In this document: positions 50,906 to 64,000 of the stretch, one piece after another
How positions within the stretch are numbered: the first letter of the stretch is position 1
Layout of the letters: each line of letters starts with the position of its first letter
Assembly (NCBI GenBank): GCA_950097015.1
Contig: CATNEN010000038.1
Coordinates: 26,226,001 to 26,290,000, forward strand
Origin: Macrostomum hystrix
Lineage: Eukaryota > Animalia > Platyhelminthes
DNA length: 64,000 bases
Direction of reading: 5' to 3'
Translations under genes and position numbers: made by a program
The notes under the pieces: model-generated
The model's input: only the letters and a program-made list of their open reading frames with translations
Told to the model about the DNA's origin: nothing
The model's database searches: none

Positions 50906-51599
50906 ACCCCTCTTTTGTAGCCACACATACTATAGTTCTAGTAAATATAAAGTGTCTGTGCCTGTGGCTAGCGACATAGTTGCTACATAATACAAGTATA
51001 CACTTTAACCAGACATTGTGTCAGACTGTCTGACTGGCTGTCTAGCTGTCAGTTTGTCCTTCGTTGGATTATAAACTCAGATAAATTATCTGCGATTCGC
51101 ATGCAGCCAATTGCTAAGCAACATTAGACAAGATTTTGAACTGGTTGTACCAGTTTTCCAGAGTGGATATACTCACCGCACATACTACACAAGCTTTTAT
51201 CTAAAAGCTGTAGCGAATAAAAAGTAAAATATTTATAGTCTTGCAATAAAAAATTCACTAAACTCTTTCTCAAACAGCAGTGTTTCCAATAGTGTACATT
51301 CGACTGTACACTAGAGACGGCTTTCAAAGCCCATGTGCTACACTGAATATCTTAAGCATTTCTAGTTCTCACACGAGTCATTCATATATAATGCACACCT
51401 TTGTGTTTCTTTAGCGTTTAAATTTAGTTTCAGGTTTGCACCGAGCACTGTAATAAGGCACTAAAATTATATTACCACCCGCCGTATTTCTTGTTACTAT
51501 AAATATATTTACAACTACAAAATTCGAACGCTGAAATTCAATTTTATTACAAAAATGTGCATTTTAATGTATCTGTATAACAAATGTAAGATCACAAAA

Positions 51600-52912
51600 A
51601 TGAGAGGTGAGACACGGGAATGATGAGACATGGGAGAGATGAGACACGGGAGAGGTGAGACATGGGAGAGATGAGACACGGGAGAGATCAGACACGGGAG
51701 AGATGAGAAGCGGGAGAGGTGAGACATGGAAGAGATGAGACACGGGAGAGGTGAGACACGGGAATGATGAGACATGGGAGAGATGAGACACGGGAGAGAT
51801 CAGACACGGGAGAGATGAGAAGCGGGAGAGGTGAGACACGGGAGAAGTGAGACACGGGAGAGGTGAGACACGGGAGAGGTGAGACACGGGAGAGATGAGA
51901 CACGGGAATGATGAGACATGGGAGAGATGAGAAGCGGGAGAGGTGAGACACGGGAGAGGTGAGACACGGGAGAGGTGAGACACGGGAGAAATGCTCAAGA
52001 CAAAGGAGAGATGAGACATGGGAGAGATGAGACACGGGAATGATGAGACATGGGAGAGATGAGACACGGGAGAGATCAGACACGGGAGAGATGAGAAGCG
52101 GGAGAGGTGAGACACGGGAGAGATGAGAAACGGGAGAGGTGAGACACGGGAGAGGTGAGACACGGGAGAGGTGAGACACGGGAATGATGAGACATGGGAG
52201 AGATGAGACACGGGAGAGATCAGACACGGGAGAGATGAGAAGCGGGAGAGATCAGACACGGGAGAGATGAGACACGGGAGAGATGAGAAGCGGGAGAGGT
52301 GAGACACGGGAGAGGTGAGACACGGGAGAGGTGAGACACGGGAATGATGAGACATGGGAGAGATGAGACACGGGAGAGATCAGACACGGGAGAGATGAGA
52401 AGCGGGAGAGGTGAGACACGGGAGAGGTGAGACACGGGAGAGGTGAGACACGGGAGAGGTGAGACACGGGAATGATGAGACATGGGAGAGATGAGACACG
52501 GGAGAGATCAGACACGGGAGAGATGAGAAGCGGGAGAGGTGAGACACGGGAGAGATGAGAAGCGGGAGAGGTGAGACACGGGAATGATGAGACATGGGAG
52601 AGATCAGACACGGGAGAGATGAGAAGCGGGAGAGGTGAGACACGGGAGAGGTGAGACACGGGAATGATGAGACATGGGAGAGATGAGACACGGGAGAGGT
52701 GAGACACGGGAGAGATGACACGGGGGAGGTGAGACACGGGAGAGATGAGACACGGGAGAGATGAGAAGCGGGAGAGATGAGACAGGGGAGAGATCAGACA
52801 CGGGAGAGATGAGAAGCGGGAGAGATGAGAAGCGGGAGAGATCAGACACGGAAGAGATCAGACACGGAAGAGATCAGACACGGAAGAGATCAGACACGGG
52901 AAAGATGAGACA
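51600..52912. repeat. ~15-16-bp GA-rich minisatellite
   Basis: GAGACACGGGAGAG(A/G)T variants; degenerate relative at ~59430-59705. Confidence 0.95.
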
Positions 52913-55233
52913 AGGGAGCTCAATTACTTTACTCACTCAGATAAGCATTTTTGTGTTTAGTGTTTGTTGCATCCGTATGTTCTTGCGCATGTTTTGTTTG
53001 TTTAGTTTGTTATAGTAAATAGCATAATAGGCTGTAGATTATTTCATGCGTACACAGCTCGCGGCCGCCGGCTAGCCGACACTTCCACTAGTCAAAAAAT
53101 ACTCGGCTAGCCGGGTGAATCCATGTGGACCCACGGGGGGGTAGGGGGTAGGGGGTAGACTTCCGATAAATTTTACATGGATCATGCTACTCGTCTACTG
53201 CAAGTAGAAAGTATGAAATATGAAGTATGTAACTGGCTATCTAAATATTTTTCCTTTGCACTGATAATCATTTATTTCCAAACATATAGGCAAGCAAACC
53301 ACAGTTCATACTAATTAATACAATACAACTAAAGCTGAATGAGTTTAGATGGGACTTACTGATTAAGTGGATTTTACGTGTAATAGATATATGACGCTTT
53401 TCTATCGTGCTAAGTAAGAACCAAGAAGTGATCACCCCGTCTCAAACAAATGATACTTCCACCTTAACAGCGAGGGCTTAATGGCTTATCAGAAGCCAGA
53501 ACTAAAATTACAACACATCCACTGTATAAAATGGCTATAAAACGAAATAATTAGTAAATATTTAGCATCACAATAAAATATCGGATCAAAAAAATTCATT
53601 AGTAAAAATAATACGGAAAAAATTCGAACCCCCCTCGTAACACTCAAACAGAGCGCTCTTTCTATCAACACGCCACACAGGTTGAGTTATACATGCATAG
53701 AAAGACATATTTATACTAGTTATAAGACAAAAACAAAATCAAATCATATTTATTTTAATTTTAAATTACTCATATTTATATAACTTGGTTGCTAGATTAT
53801 ATTGGCTTTATTTTTGACGGCAGTTAATTGAAAAATTAAATTAAAGCTGTTTTACCCAGCTCTCCAACCCGTAAAATAGGCTTTTCATTCTACCCAGAAT
53901 TCCAGAACCAGAATCAGTTCTAAAATTCCAGAAAGTATAGCGGTATAACTCTACAGTGCCTAAAAAGAAACGAAACAGAAACAAGTAAGACTGATTATGT
54001 ACTCGTAATTATTTATGACAATGATCCGAATAAGGTATTAGCAAAAAATAGCTCGCTGTGGGTCTAGTGTCACTAAATGATGTGCCATTGCCCGCAGTCC
54101 TTCTGCAATCATTCTCAATATAATTGTATTCATTTGTCTATAGAATTCGTCACTTTTTTCGTGTTACATGGGAAGAAAGAATTGTATTTTTATAAATACT
54201 CTTTTTACATGTCAAAAACGAGTCTGAATAGTCCGGATTTTACGTCAATTTCATAACTTTACGTGCGTATGGTATAACAAATAATTATACAGAACTAAGT
54301 ATGCGCATTAAAAAAAGTGTATTAGTACTTCTCAAAAAAAGATTTTCTTAGTTACGTTGTAGTATAATTTTTTATTTAAGTTTTTATTTAATAGTTTAGA
54401 ATTGTTTAAATAAAAAACGCGCCCTAATGCGCTGCGCCACCAAACTAGTTTAGTTGGCATTTTACACTTAGGATATCATTACATCCATAACAGATTGTAC
54501 TTTACTGTGTCTAGAGAAGGTATTTTTTAAAGTTACTTTGTCAATTTAAGTATTGAAATTTTCTATTAATTTTTTTATAACAAAGGTAAGCAATGTTTTT
54601 TCGTTTTAAATTTAGTTACTAGTACTACTTATGCCAGCAAATCGAAATCCCAATCCAATTGTTTTGATTTTCAACATTTATTAACTGACACAATGAAAAT
54701 GTTACATGTAAAGTTAATAATAGATGTTAGTTAAAACCTAAGACTAAACTACTAAGAGTGTTACTAATGCAACTTATATCCAAATTATCAGTCAGTGGTC
54801 TGGCTGACTAGCTAAATTTTTTAAACCAAAATGATAATTGCTATAAAGTATAGACTTCAAGTTTTTAATACATTTTAACTTTGCTTGCTTTTTGGGCTTC
54901 TTGAACTTTGACTTACTAGACTTAGCTGCAGGGTGGTCCATGGACCCAGCGGGGAGGCGAGGGTCTCTTGAACTTTAGGTCTATATAAAATAGTTCTTGT
55001 TTTGATAGGATGATAAATCTGTGGCTACTAAGGCTTTTTGATGTGCTGATTTCATTTTTAATCAGATTTGTTATAGCTTTAACCCCCTACCATGCCATAG
55101 TCAGAAAAGTGGTAGAGTGCATGTCAAAACAATTTTTTGCTCCTCCCAAAATTGTACAACGTTACTACCTGCCTTGCAACAATAATAATTAATATACCTG
55201 GCATAAATAATGTGGTGTGGAATTTTTCATAAT

Positions 55234-55716
55234 GGCAGTGCTTATCCCCATGGTACTGTAGAAATAATTTTTGTCTTTTTCCTACGGTACCGTGGGAATA
55301 ATTTCCTGCTTATCCGCACGGCACACTGATAAGATAGTTGTCCTAATCATCTATCTTTTTATCGTGACTGCAATTTTTTTTCTTCCGGTTTTTAAAAGCA
55401 AGTAAACAAATAAAAGTTTTCTGCTTTTTTCGCAATTAGTTAACCAATACGGTGGCTTTTTAAGTATATAAAATATATATTGCTATTATTTATATATTTA
55501 AAAGAATACAACTGAAGTGTGTATTTTTCTAATCTTATAGCTCAAGCCTTCTAAGCCTATAATCCAGTCTATTACTTTACGCATCTCTGGAGCTATGTTG
55601 AAGATAGGACAGCTATCTCGTCAGTGTGCCGTGCAGATAAGCAGGAAATTATTCCCACTGTACTGTAGGAATAAGACAAAAATTATTTCTACGGTACCGT
55701 GGGGATAAGCACTGCC
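55234..55716. mobile_element. Mutator/MULE-type MITE (483 bp)
   Basis: ~110-bp TIRs starting GGCAGTGCTTATCCCCA; perfect 9-bp TSD TTTCATAAT (55225-55233 and 55717-55725). Confidence 0.9.
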
Positions 55717-56406
55717 TTTCATAATTGTCTTTGGCCATAACCAGCTCGGCAGCATCCAAAGAGCAGAAAGAATCGCAGCTACATTTCTAACCTTTATTAG
55801 TGACTTCAATCAGGCAATATTTCCAAGCTTCCAACTTCCAAGCATTCTGTAGCATTTTTTACTAGATTTGTCACTATATACCCTGTGGCTATATAACAGC
55901 CAAGTAAACTAAACTAAACTGAACTGAACTGAATTGAACTGAATTGTTACGAATACTATAAACTGAATTGTTTCTGCACTGCACTTTTTGTTTCATTTAG
56001 CGCAATTTTAAATTTATTCATAAAAATAATTTTGCAAACAAAAGTAAATTTATGCCATGCGCTTGTACACCTTTTTATAGAACAGCAACCCTTTTGTGAC
56101 ATAATATTCTCACTAGGCCCTACCCCTATAATATTTTTATATTATTATGGTACAGGCATACATAATACAAGAGTTACAAGATGAAATAAGATTATTATGG
56201 TCAGTACTGATTATATTATAAGAAATTGAGATTATCAAACCAAAAAAAGAAACAAAGGAAATTTAAATTTAAATTAACTCAAATTTTAAAGCATAAAGTA
56301 GGCACTAAAGCTTCGTATTTCAGTTTGAGTCTTAAATTAAAGTGCATAAGAAATAGTGCAATAAAATGGTTTTATTTTGTAATTCTAATTTTTTTCTTAC
56401 ACACAG

Positions 56407-57659
56407 ATGGTTCTAACTGGTGCCAATGTGTTTTTGCAAAACAAAGGAAAGGCAGGTAAGTTTTCTTATGGTCAGTATTACTTAAAAATATACTACAGGG
56501 ATATATAGTAAGACTAGAACTCAAGAAATAGTAATGTATGAGTAGGCAGCATTATTTTTAATACAAAACATTTTAGTCCATTTATGCAGCATAACATTGT
56601 TTTTTTCTAAAAGTCTTGAATATTGTTGTATTTTCTAGGCTACATCATATGTTATATTCTCTGTGGGGTGCATCTATTAATTTACATAAAAGCTAGAAAT
56701 AAATAAATATAATAATTAGTCACTATGTTTTGGTAAAATTTAAAAATTCAAATCTTCCTTTAATTCTAGTGTGGACCGCCGAACTGCGTCGCGAGTATAT
56801 GAGTCTGCCAATCGAAGAAAAGCGACGTCTTCAAGAAGAAGCTAAAAATCAGCAGAAGAAAATAAGAAAAGTGGTAAATGATTTAAAACGTACAGGTGAG
56901 ACATACGTACTTATTATATTAACCCGACGTGGAACCGATTTTACCACGTCCAATGACATATCGCCTAATGTTAGAAGCGCTATGGAGCCCCATATAAATA
57001 AAATAGCAGAACTAATGGATGACGCGAAAAAAGCAGAACAACAAAATATGGCAAATGAGCGCAGTGATGTTCAGCTTGCTGAAACTAGTCAGCCACGAAA
57101 CCTAGCTTCTGTTTATAGCGATGTGAAAAAAATGCGACAAGAAATTTTTTTAAGGGCTAAAATTGCACATAAAACAGCGACAGGTTTCGACGGCAAGATT
57201 CCATGGAGCCTTGTCGGAAAAAGTTGCAAATTCATTCCAGAATTGAAGGACCCCCATCACTTATCCAGAGAAAAATGTGTAGCCATTTTAAAGGAACTCG
57301 AAAATACAGAACTGACATTTTGTAATTCAGTTTCCATTGATGTATCACCTGATCATGATACACCAATAAGTGCCTCTCATCTGCATCAACAACAGGCTCA
57401 AGTGATGGAAGAAGGGCTACAAGTCGATGACTACCATAATATCACCACAAGTGACTTGGAGAGTGAAGGAGATACGGCACTGACTTCTGTAACCGCGAAA
57501 TATCGGCAACACTTTCACGAAAGTGAAAGTTCAACAAATTTTAATCCTTTCAATACTCCATTTGTAGATGACGCAAATAGACTTGCTCAGTCATCTTTAT
57601 ATGGGGCGAGCTCTGCACCCAACATTACGCTTAGACTAGATACTAGACAAACGGAATGA
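56407..57659 (+). CDS. 312-aa protein with an N-terminal HMG-box-like segment (exons 56407-56455, 56770-57659)
   Basis: Phase-1 join G|TG gives MVLTGANVFLQNKGKAVWTAELRREYMSLPIEEKRRLQEEAK, resembling HMG helix 1 and helix 3 (W/Y..L..EEK). An 890-nt non-repetitive open exon in AT-rich context. Confidence 0.68.
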
Positions 57660-57830
57660 AATTTCAATATGAAACAATTATTAGAGGCCCACACGACGCC
57701 AATAGCTTAATATTAGATAGTATAATATTTAAGATGCAATATGCTATGGTTTTCAATGTTTTCAGCCGAAAATAGTCACTGTGCAGAGAGCTGCTATCTT
57801 TACAGGGACTAGAGTCTATATTCTGTCAAA

Positions 57831-58525
57831 TATTGCTGGGATTGTCAATGTGCATTTATTGCTTTGACATTTTTCCTCTGCATAAAACTAATGCTGGGAT
57901 TGTCACTGTGCATTCATTGCTTTGACATTTTTCCTCTGCATAAAACTAATGCTGGGATTGTCACTGTGCATTCATTGCTTTGACATTTTTCCCTCTGCAA
58001 AAAACTAATGCTGGGATTGTCAATGTGCATTTATTGCTTTGACATTTTTCCTCTGCATAAAACTAATGCTGGGATTGTCACTGTGCATTCATTGCTTTGA
58101 CATTTTTCCTCTGCATAAAACTAATGCTGGGATTGTCACTGTGCATTCATTGCTTTGACATTTTTCCCTCTGCAAAAAACTAATGCTGGGATTGTCAATG
58201 TGCATTTATTGCTTTGACATTTTTCCTCTGCATAAAACTAATGCTGGGATTGTCACTGTGCATTCATTGCTTTGACATTTTTCCTCTGCATAAAACTAAT
58301 GCTGGGATTGTCACTGTGCATTCATTGCTTTGACATTTTTCCTCTGCATAAAACTAATGCTGGGATTGTCACTGTGCATTCATTGCTTTGACATTTTTCC
58401 CTCTGCATAAAACTAATGCTGGGATTGTCACTGTGCATTCATTGCTTTGACATTTTCCCTCTGCATAAAACTAATGCTGGGATTGTCAATGGGCATTCAT
58501 TGCTTTGACATTTTCCCTCTGCATT
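57831..58525. repeat. 58-59-bp tandem repeat (~12 copies)
   Basis: GCTGGGATTGTCACTGTGCATTCATTGCTTTGACATTTTTCCTCTGCATAAAACTAAT. Confidence 0.96.
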
Positions 58526-58620
58526 TGTCAGATAAATTTTTCTTTCACGAACGTGACGCGCCTCATCGTGGCGTGAAAGTGAACAGTGCGCGTTTCAATC
58601 TTTTGCACTTGCCAAGACGT

Positions 58621-59130
58621 CACATAGAATTGATAATATGATGCTGCTGACTCATAGAATTGATAATATGATGCTGCTGACTTATAGAATTGATAATATG
58701 ATGCTGCTGTCACATAGAATTGATAATATCATGCTGCTGACTTATAGAATTGATAATATGATGCTGCTGTCACATAGAATTGATAATATGATGCTGCTGA
58801 CACATAGAATTGATAATATGATGCTGCTGACTTACAGAATTGATAATATGATGCTGCTGTCACATAGAATTAATAATATGATGCTGCTGACTTATAGAAT
58901 TGATAATATGATGATGCTGACACATAGAATTGATAATATGATGCTGCTGTCACATAGAATTGATAATATGATGCTGCTGACACATAGAATTGATAATATG
59001 ATGCTGCTGTCACATAGAATTGATAATATGATGCTGCTGACTTATAGAATTGATAATATGATGTTGCTAACTTATAGAATTGATAATATCATGCTGCTGT
59101 CACATAGAATTGATGAGGTGATGTTGCTGA
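58621..59130. repeat. 30-bp minisatellite (~17 copies); inverted relatives at ~61690-61845 and ~62992-63055
   Basis: CACATAGAATTGATAATATGATGCTGCTGA; its reverse complement matches the TTATCAATTCTAT..AGCAGCATCAC units. Confidence 0.93.
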
Positions 59131-60291
59131 TGGTGTGATCCAGTTGAGCCTCTGCGCCTTAAGTATCGACCGAAGCCGCGCAGTCCGAACCACATGTACA
59201 AATTGTCGCTAAGTTGTCGCTACCTGCTCTCAGATGAGCTAACCTACGCGGATTGCCAACTCATGCCTAAACTGCATCATCTGAAAATGGCCGCTAAGGT
59301 AGAATTCCCTGTTTGTCTGCCAGGGTTCGAATGCTTTTTTAATCTCAGAGTCTATTTAGCTCCAGCGGGCTAAAGATAGATTCTAAAATGAATGCGGGTC
59401 GGTATTGACTGTGAAATCAGATAGGAAAGAGATGAGACAGGATAAAGATGAGACAGGCGAGAGATGTGACATGGAAGATGTAAGACACGGCACAGTTTTA
59501 TACAGAGGAGAGATAAGACGGGAGATAAAACAGGGAAGATATGAGACAGTGAAGACATGAATCAGGGCCAAGATGCATGTGACAGTGTTCAGATTAGACA
59601 GAGGAGAGATGAGACAGGGGTGAGGTGAGATCGGAGAGACGAGACAGGGGTGAGGTGAGATCGGAGAGATGAGACGTCTTGGGTGAGATCAGAGAGATGA
59701 GACAGGCGTGATTCAATTGTTCGCATCGTCGATACATTTCAGTTCTATCGCGACTTCGATGTGCCATCAGAGCTGCAGCATCTGCAAGCCTATTATTCGG
59801 CCATGTACGAATGCGAGGCCTTCCGTTGTAGCTGTCCGGCCGACCGTGACGTCTATCAGTTGTACCACGACAAGCTGCCTCGCGCATTGGTTGCTAAGAG
59901 ACCGCAGCCCAGCCTGATGGACGACTCGCGGCTGTTGCTAGGCGAGAGCGGCACCGGTGGCATTGGCAACAATGGTGCCGGCGTACATTGATGGGCTAAC
60001 ATTTATTTAGGTAGAAAATTAGGCAAGTTTTGTTCGTTTTTCTCTAGCGAAAATGCGACAGCTGCTTTTTAATTTTTTTAGTTTTTTTATGGTAAAAATG
60101 ACTTTAAACGATTAATAATTTTAGTTTTTACTAATACTAATTCGGGTGTATCTCCGTACTCAGTAAGATAAAAACTGCGATTTTTGTCGCCGCTTGCTTG
60201 TCTGTAAACTACAATGCCTATAAGTACTTATACATTCATCCTTTGCGTGTGTTTTTCTGAACTAAAAGCATTCGATTTTTTATAAATATTA

Positions 60292-60320
60292 CGAGGGGTG
60301 TCCCAAAAGTTCCCGGAATG
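60292..60320. mobile_element. Solo mariner-like TIR
   Basis: TA|CGAGGGGTGTCCCAAAAGTTCCCGGAAT resembles a mariner terminus; no partner TIR found. Confidence 0.4.
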
Positions 60321-61145
60321 TCCAACGTTGCTCTTCAACGGAGCCATGAAATTTCACGCCCATGGTGTCAAATGAAAGGAAATTTTGTCAGAAAGAAAAC
60401 AAAATTAAAATCATGTTCATATCTTTTTCTATTCAGGAGCTGCAGCAAGAAACGTGCGCGAAGGTCAGGGGTAGTGTTACACAAGCTCAAAAATCTATGA
60501 AAATGATTTTAAACAATAAAACACAGAACAGTTCGTTCACACTTTCCATAGACACTGCCACGTCTTTCTGACACGTCAGTAGCAGTGCCAGTATCAGTAT
60601 CAGTATCAGTAGCACTAATTCAAAATGAAAATATCCAAAAATGGAGATGAAAAATGATTGCCATAAATTTTGGAGCTTGTGTTAGTGCTCCGAAAGTTAT
60701 TTTACTAAGCTCCACGAATGTAATTAAGTATGAGCATATATGTTTACAATGTCTCGCTAATTAAATTCTATGCCAAATTAAATTCCCGTTCTTTTTTTTA
60801 ACGTGCAAAGCTTTCTACAAAAATATAGTTAGCTAGTACAAACCTTTATTAATTAATATAAAATTGTTATTCAGATATAGTGCACTGTTATTTTAATACT
60901 TTCTTATAGATATTGCAGTAGTAAAATACAAAAAACGTACCGTTCTTGTATTGTGTTAATGTTAGTTAGCTCTACTAATGCTCTGTTTTGTTATTTACTT
61001 ATCGCTGCTCATCATATGCTCATTTTATTCCATTCAAATAAAGCAACAATTAGAAAAAAATTGTTGTTTGCTTCAATCATTTTGTGTAGTAAACAGCTGA
61101 GATAAGCTACAAAATTCCTACTCAATGAGCTTGTAACATTGGTTA

Positions 61146-61330
61146 GGGCCGGGTGAGTGGCAAATCGGTCTAACGCGTTGGCCTCTCGCACCGAGGTCCC
61201 TGAGCTCGATTCCGCGGCGAGGCCACATTCATTTTGAACGCAGCCGCGGAGAGAAGACTTAGGGGCACAGCGATAGTGTACACTGCCAGACGATGAGAAA
61301 GTCGGGCCCTATAAGCCCTATCTTATTACT
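61146..61330 (+). mobile_element. tRNA-derived SINE
   Basis: GC-rich head with A box TGGCAAATCGG (~61158) and B box GAGCTCGATTCC (~61202) at tRNA spacing, followed by a tRNA-unrelated body. No TSD resolved. Confidence 0.65.
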
Positions 61331-61419
61331 GACGAATTTCCATAATTATTTCGATATCGACTGCCTCTCTAAAAACATATTTGTTGAAATTAGTAAAATA
61401 TTCTACTTTTGTTTTCCAG

Positions 61420-61660
61420 CCCGCCAGCCAGTTCGGCGATGTGGACCTCGGAGGGAAAGTACGTAGTGTCAACGAGCATCCAGTCTGGTAGATCAGTCAC
61501 TGACTGGCTGACTGCTGACTGACTGCTGCTGCAGCATCATAGAAGCAACTATGATGCTTCTCTAGAAATCATCATAGTTGCTTTGTTTCACGTGTTAAGA
61601 CTTGGCAGCCGAATATTCGTCATTGACAATGACATCGAGCCGGTGCGCCAGCGGGAGTGC
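61420..61660 (+). pseudogene. Decayed methyltransferase-like exon remnants (first copy of a local duplication)
   Basis: Same ~50-bp acceptor context as 62070-62119; LRLGSRIFVID (cf. LKPGG..vv.D); followed by the same 30-bp repeat as the second copy. Confidence 0.45.
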
Positions 61661-62119
61661 TTTAGTAAAATTGTTTGAAACCCGTTAAACATTATCAATT
61701 CTATGAGTAAGCAGCATCACCTTATCAATTCTATTAGTAAGCAGCATCACCTTATCAATTCTATTAGTAAGCAGCATCGCCTTATCAATTTTATTAGTAA
61801 GCAGCATCACCTTATCAATTCTATTAGTAAGCAGCCTCGCTTATCCTCTGTGTTTTTTTAAGCAATATGACTTCTTAATTAATTATTACATAATTAAGCC
61901 GGGTTAATCTCAATGTGTTTGATGTGTTTGTCTCCTATTTTCATTATTTTGCCTTTTCATACTCAGATAGAAATTCATGGCATAGACTCAGATCTCATTG
62001 GCCTAGATAGGATAGACTCAGGTGCTGTAGAGACTCAGATTCCATAGCCTGTGCTCACAAAATATATTTTAAAAACATTTTTGTTGAAATTAGTAAAATA
62101 TTCTACTTTTGTTTTCCAG

Positions 62120-62855
62120 TCAGTCAGGCGACAAAGGAAACTTAGGGTTCTACCAATCTAGTGAATTTAGGGCCGCATACACAGTGTGCGAGCTCCCGAA
62201 GAAGCGGTTGTCCATTCGCCAGCTGATTCAAGCTGAGCTCTATGACGCCATCATGGGCTCAAACACCAGCAGCACCAGCTATGAGGTCCTGTCACTCGGC
62301 TGCGGCCCAGGCAGCGACCTTCTTGCCGCCATGGACGTGTTCCAGCTGGTGGCCAAGTCAGAGGGTCTGGGACCACTTCAGATGGGCGTCACCGGTGTCG
62401 ACATGTTTGATTGGCTGCTCTAGCCATTCCATGAGGCAGCCGCAGCGTTAGCTCTGCAGTGGCTAATCAGCAGCTTCCCGGAGCAGTTTCACCTGGGCCA
62501 CAGCCAGGGACAACTAAAACCCAAAGAAAAGTCTATAAGTCATGTCAGGTGCGCATCCGTTAACTTAATTTAATCTTGGTTTGTAGTTTGTATTTTATAT
62601 ATTATTGAAACGTTCGTTATAAATATGTTTGTTATAAATAAGTATATAAGGAATTGGCCCACGATGGAATGTCCCTGATTTTACTTCTCTGCTCTATTTA
62701 TTTATTATTTATTAATTTTATTTATTAAAAAACTTAAATATATTTTTCATAATTTTCAATTTTTTATTACTAACTAGCAGACTACGGAGACTACGTGGGA
62801 CTACGGATGTTGCTACGACCTTATCCTGCTGAGCTATGCCGAGGTGCGGCTCTAA
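62120..62855 (+). pseudogene. Class I SAM-dependent methyltransferase-like pseudogene
   Basis: Motif I EVLSLGCGPGSD, motif II GVTGVD, in-frame TAG at 62421-62423; downstream exon (acceptor 62780) with YDLILLSY, then a stop. Confidence 0.65.
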
Positions 62856-63626
62856 GACAAGTTTCGTCACCGACTGGCTGCCGCAGCTGCTAAAAGTGCA
62901 ATAATTTGTGTTGTCATTTTTGCTATTAACGCTGTTGTTGATTATCTGCTGCTGGTGCTAGACGCAGATCTTAGGAAAATTGTTTGAAACCCTTATCAAT
63001 TTTATGAGTAAGCAGCATCACCTTATCAATTCTATTAGTAAGCAGCCTCGCTTATCCTCTGTGTTTATTTGTTTATTAGGCTCTAACCTGTTTATTAAGT
63101 TCATTGAGTCGTTTATTCCTTCGTGTGAATCATCCCTTGTGTGGTTTGAGTCTGCGTTATTAGTAAACCAGCTATTACTTGCATGAGCGAAAACCCAGAG
63201 TCACTTGAGTTCAAATCTGAGGCGAGCAAAAGACATTACGCTCACCAATTTTAATACTTTTGGCCTTTCTATTATCAGCGTTCTTTATTTTATTCGGCAT
63301 TCTGCCTGAGCTCAGTGGGCAAGCTTCTACCCTCAACTTCATCTATCCCGTAACTTTCATCCGCTATGAGCTTCTAACGGAAGCAAGTGTAAAACATACC
63401 GACCCCGGTGATAGCCAAATAGGGCCTTAGCTTTAAAATCTCTTAATTTTTGTTATGCGTTTTAGAAAATTAGCAATTTTATTCATCAAAAGCTAAAAGT
63501 TAGTTTTTTGAAGTGCGAATATCGTTATTTTTTTAAGTTTCGGATGCTGAATTTTTGACGGCACATCAGGGGCTATCCAATAACGGCATGCGCGATTCCA
63601 GATGTGCACCTGTTCTACAAACTTAG

Positions 63627-64000
63627 GGGGTACATTTACGGATTCATCAGTGGTTACACTGAGTTGAATATATACGGCTTATAGTTGACTATCTGAACTG
63701 TTGAAGTGAGGGTACATTTACGGATTCATCAGTGGTTACACTGAGTTGAATATATACTGCTTATAGTTGACTATCTGAACTGTTGAAGTGGGGGTACATT
63801 TACGGATTCATCAGTGGTTACACTGAGTTGAATATATACTGCTTATAGTTGACTATCTGAACTGTTGAAGTGGGGGTACATTTACGGATTCATCAGTGGT
63901 TACACTGAGTTGAATATATACTGCTTATAGTTGACTATCTGAACTGTTGAAGTGGGGGTACATTTACGGATTCATCAGTGGTTACACTGAGTTGAATATA
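63627..64000. repeat. 82-bp tandem repeat (runs off window)
   Basis: GGGGTACATTTACGGATTCATCAGTGGTTACACTGAG... recurring every 82 bp. Confidence 0.96.

Noticed and set aside
41508-52849. Long low-complexity ORFs (SLHLSF, RIWVRFSIS, RIRGRERL, SPVSHLS)
   Set aside because: Stop-free minisatellites open in several frames and strands; three of the arrays lie within PanK-like introns.
53066-54965. piggyBac/Harbinger-like terminal motifs (GGACCCAGCGG..GAGGG, CCCCCCTCGTAA) and a short inverted repeat CGGCTAGCCGA
   Set aside because: No matching TIR pair or TSD could be established.
61146-61225. tRNA gene
   Set aside because: A/B boxes are present but the cloverleaf stems do not pair well and a long unrelated body follows; treated as a SINE.

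Overview
Repeat-dense eukaryotic (metazoan) genomic DNA: spliceosomal GT-AG introns, AT-rich intergenic sequence and many minisatellites. The GC-rich exons and minisatellite-stuffed introns resemble the flatworm Macrostomum, but that is inference only. There are no prokaryotic operons, rRNA or CRISPR arrays, and most long ORFs in the supplied track are artefacts of stop-free tandem repeats. Genes reconstructed by hand from splice sites: (1) three paralogs of an unknown minus-strand gene, each with a conserved 23-nt microexon; (2) a two-exon calmodulin-like gene; (3) a small single-pass membrane protein with a Cys-rich ectodomain and a cytoplasmic CxxC-x6-CxC motif; (4) a five-exon, highly divergent type II pantothenate-kinase-like gene; (5) an HMG-box-like gene; (6) decayed SAM-methyltransferase copies. 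The dominant structure is a 15-kb head-to-tail array of 15 non-autonomous Helitrons (17680-32719). Two long members each carry an AT-rich satellite followed by a G-run minisatellite. Other mobile DNA: Tc1 (DD34E), hAT, P/THAP9, Merlin, a MULE-type MITE, LINE RNase H fragments, a tRNA-derived SINE and a decayed Penelope-type hammerhead.
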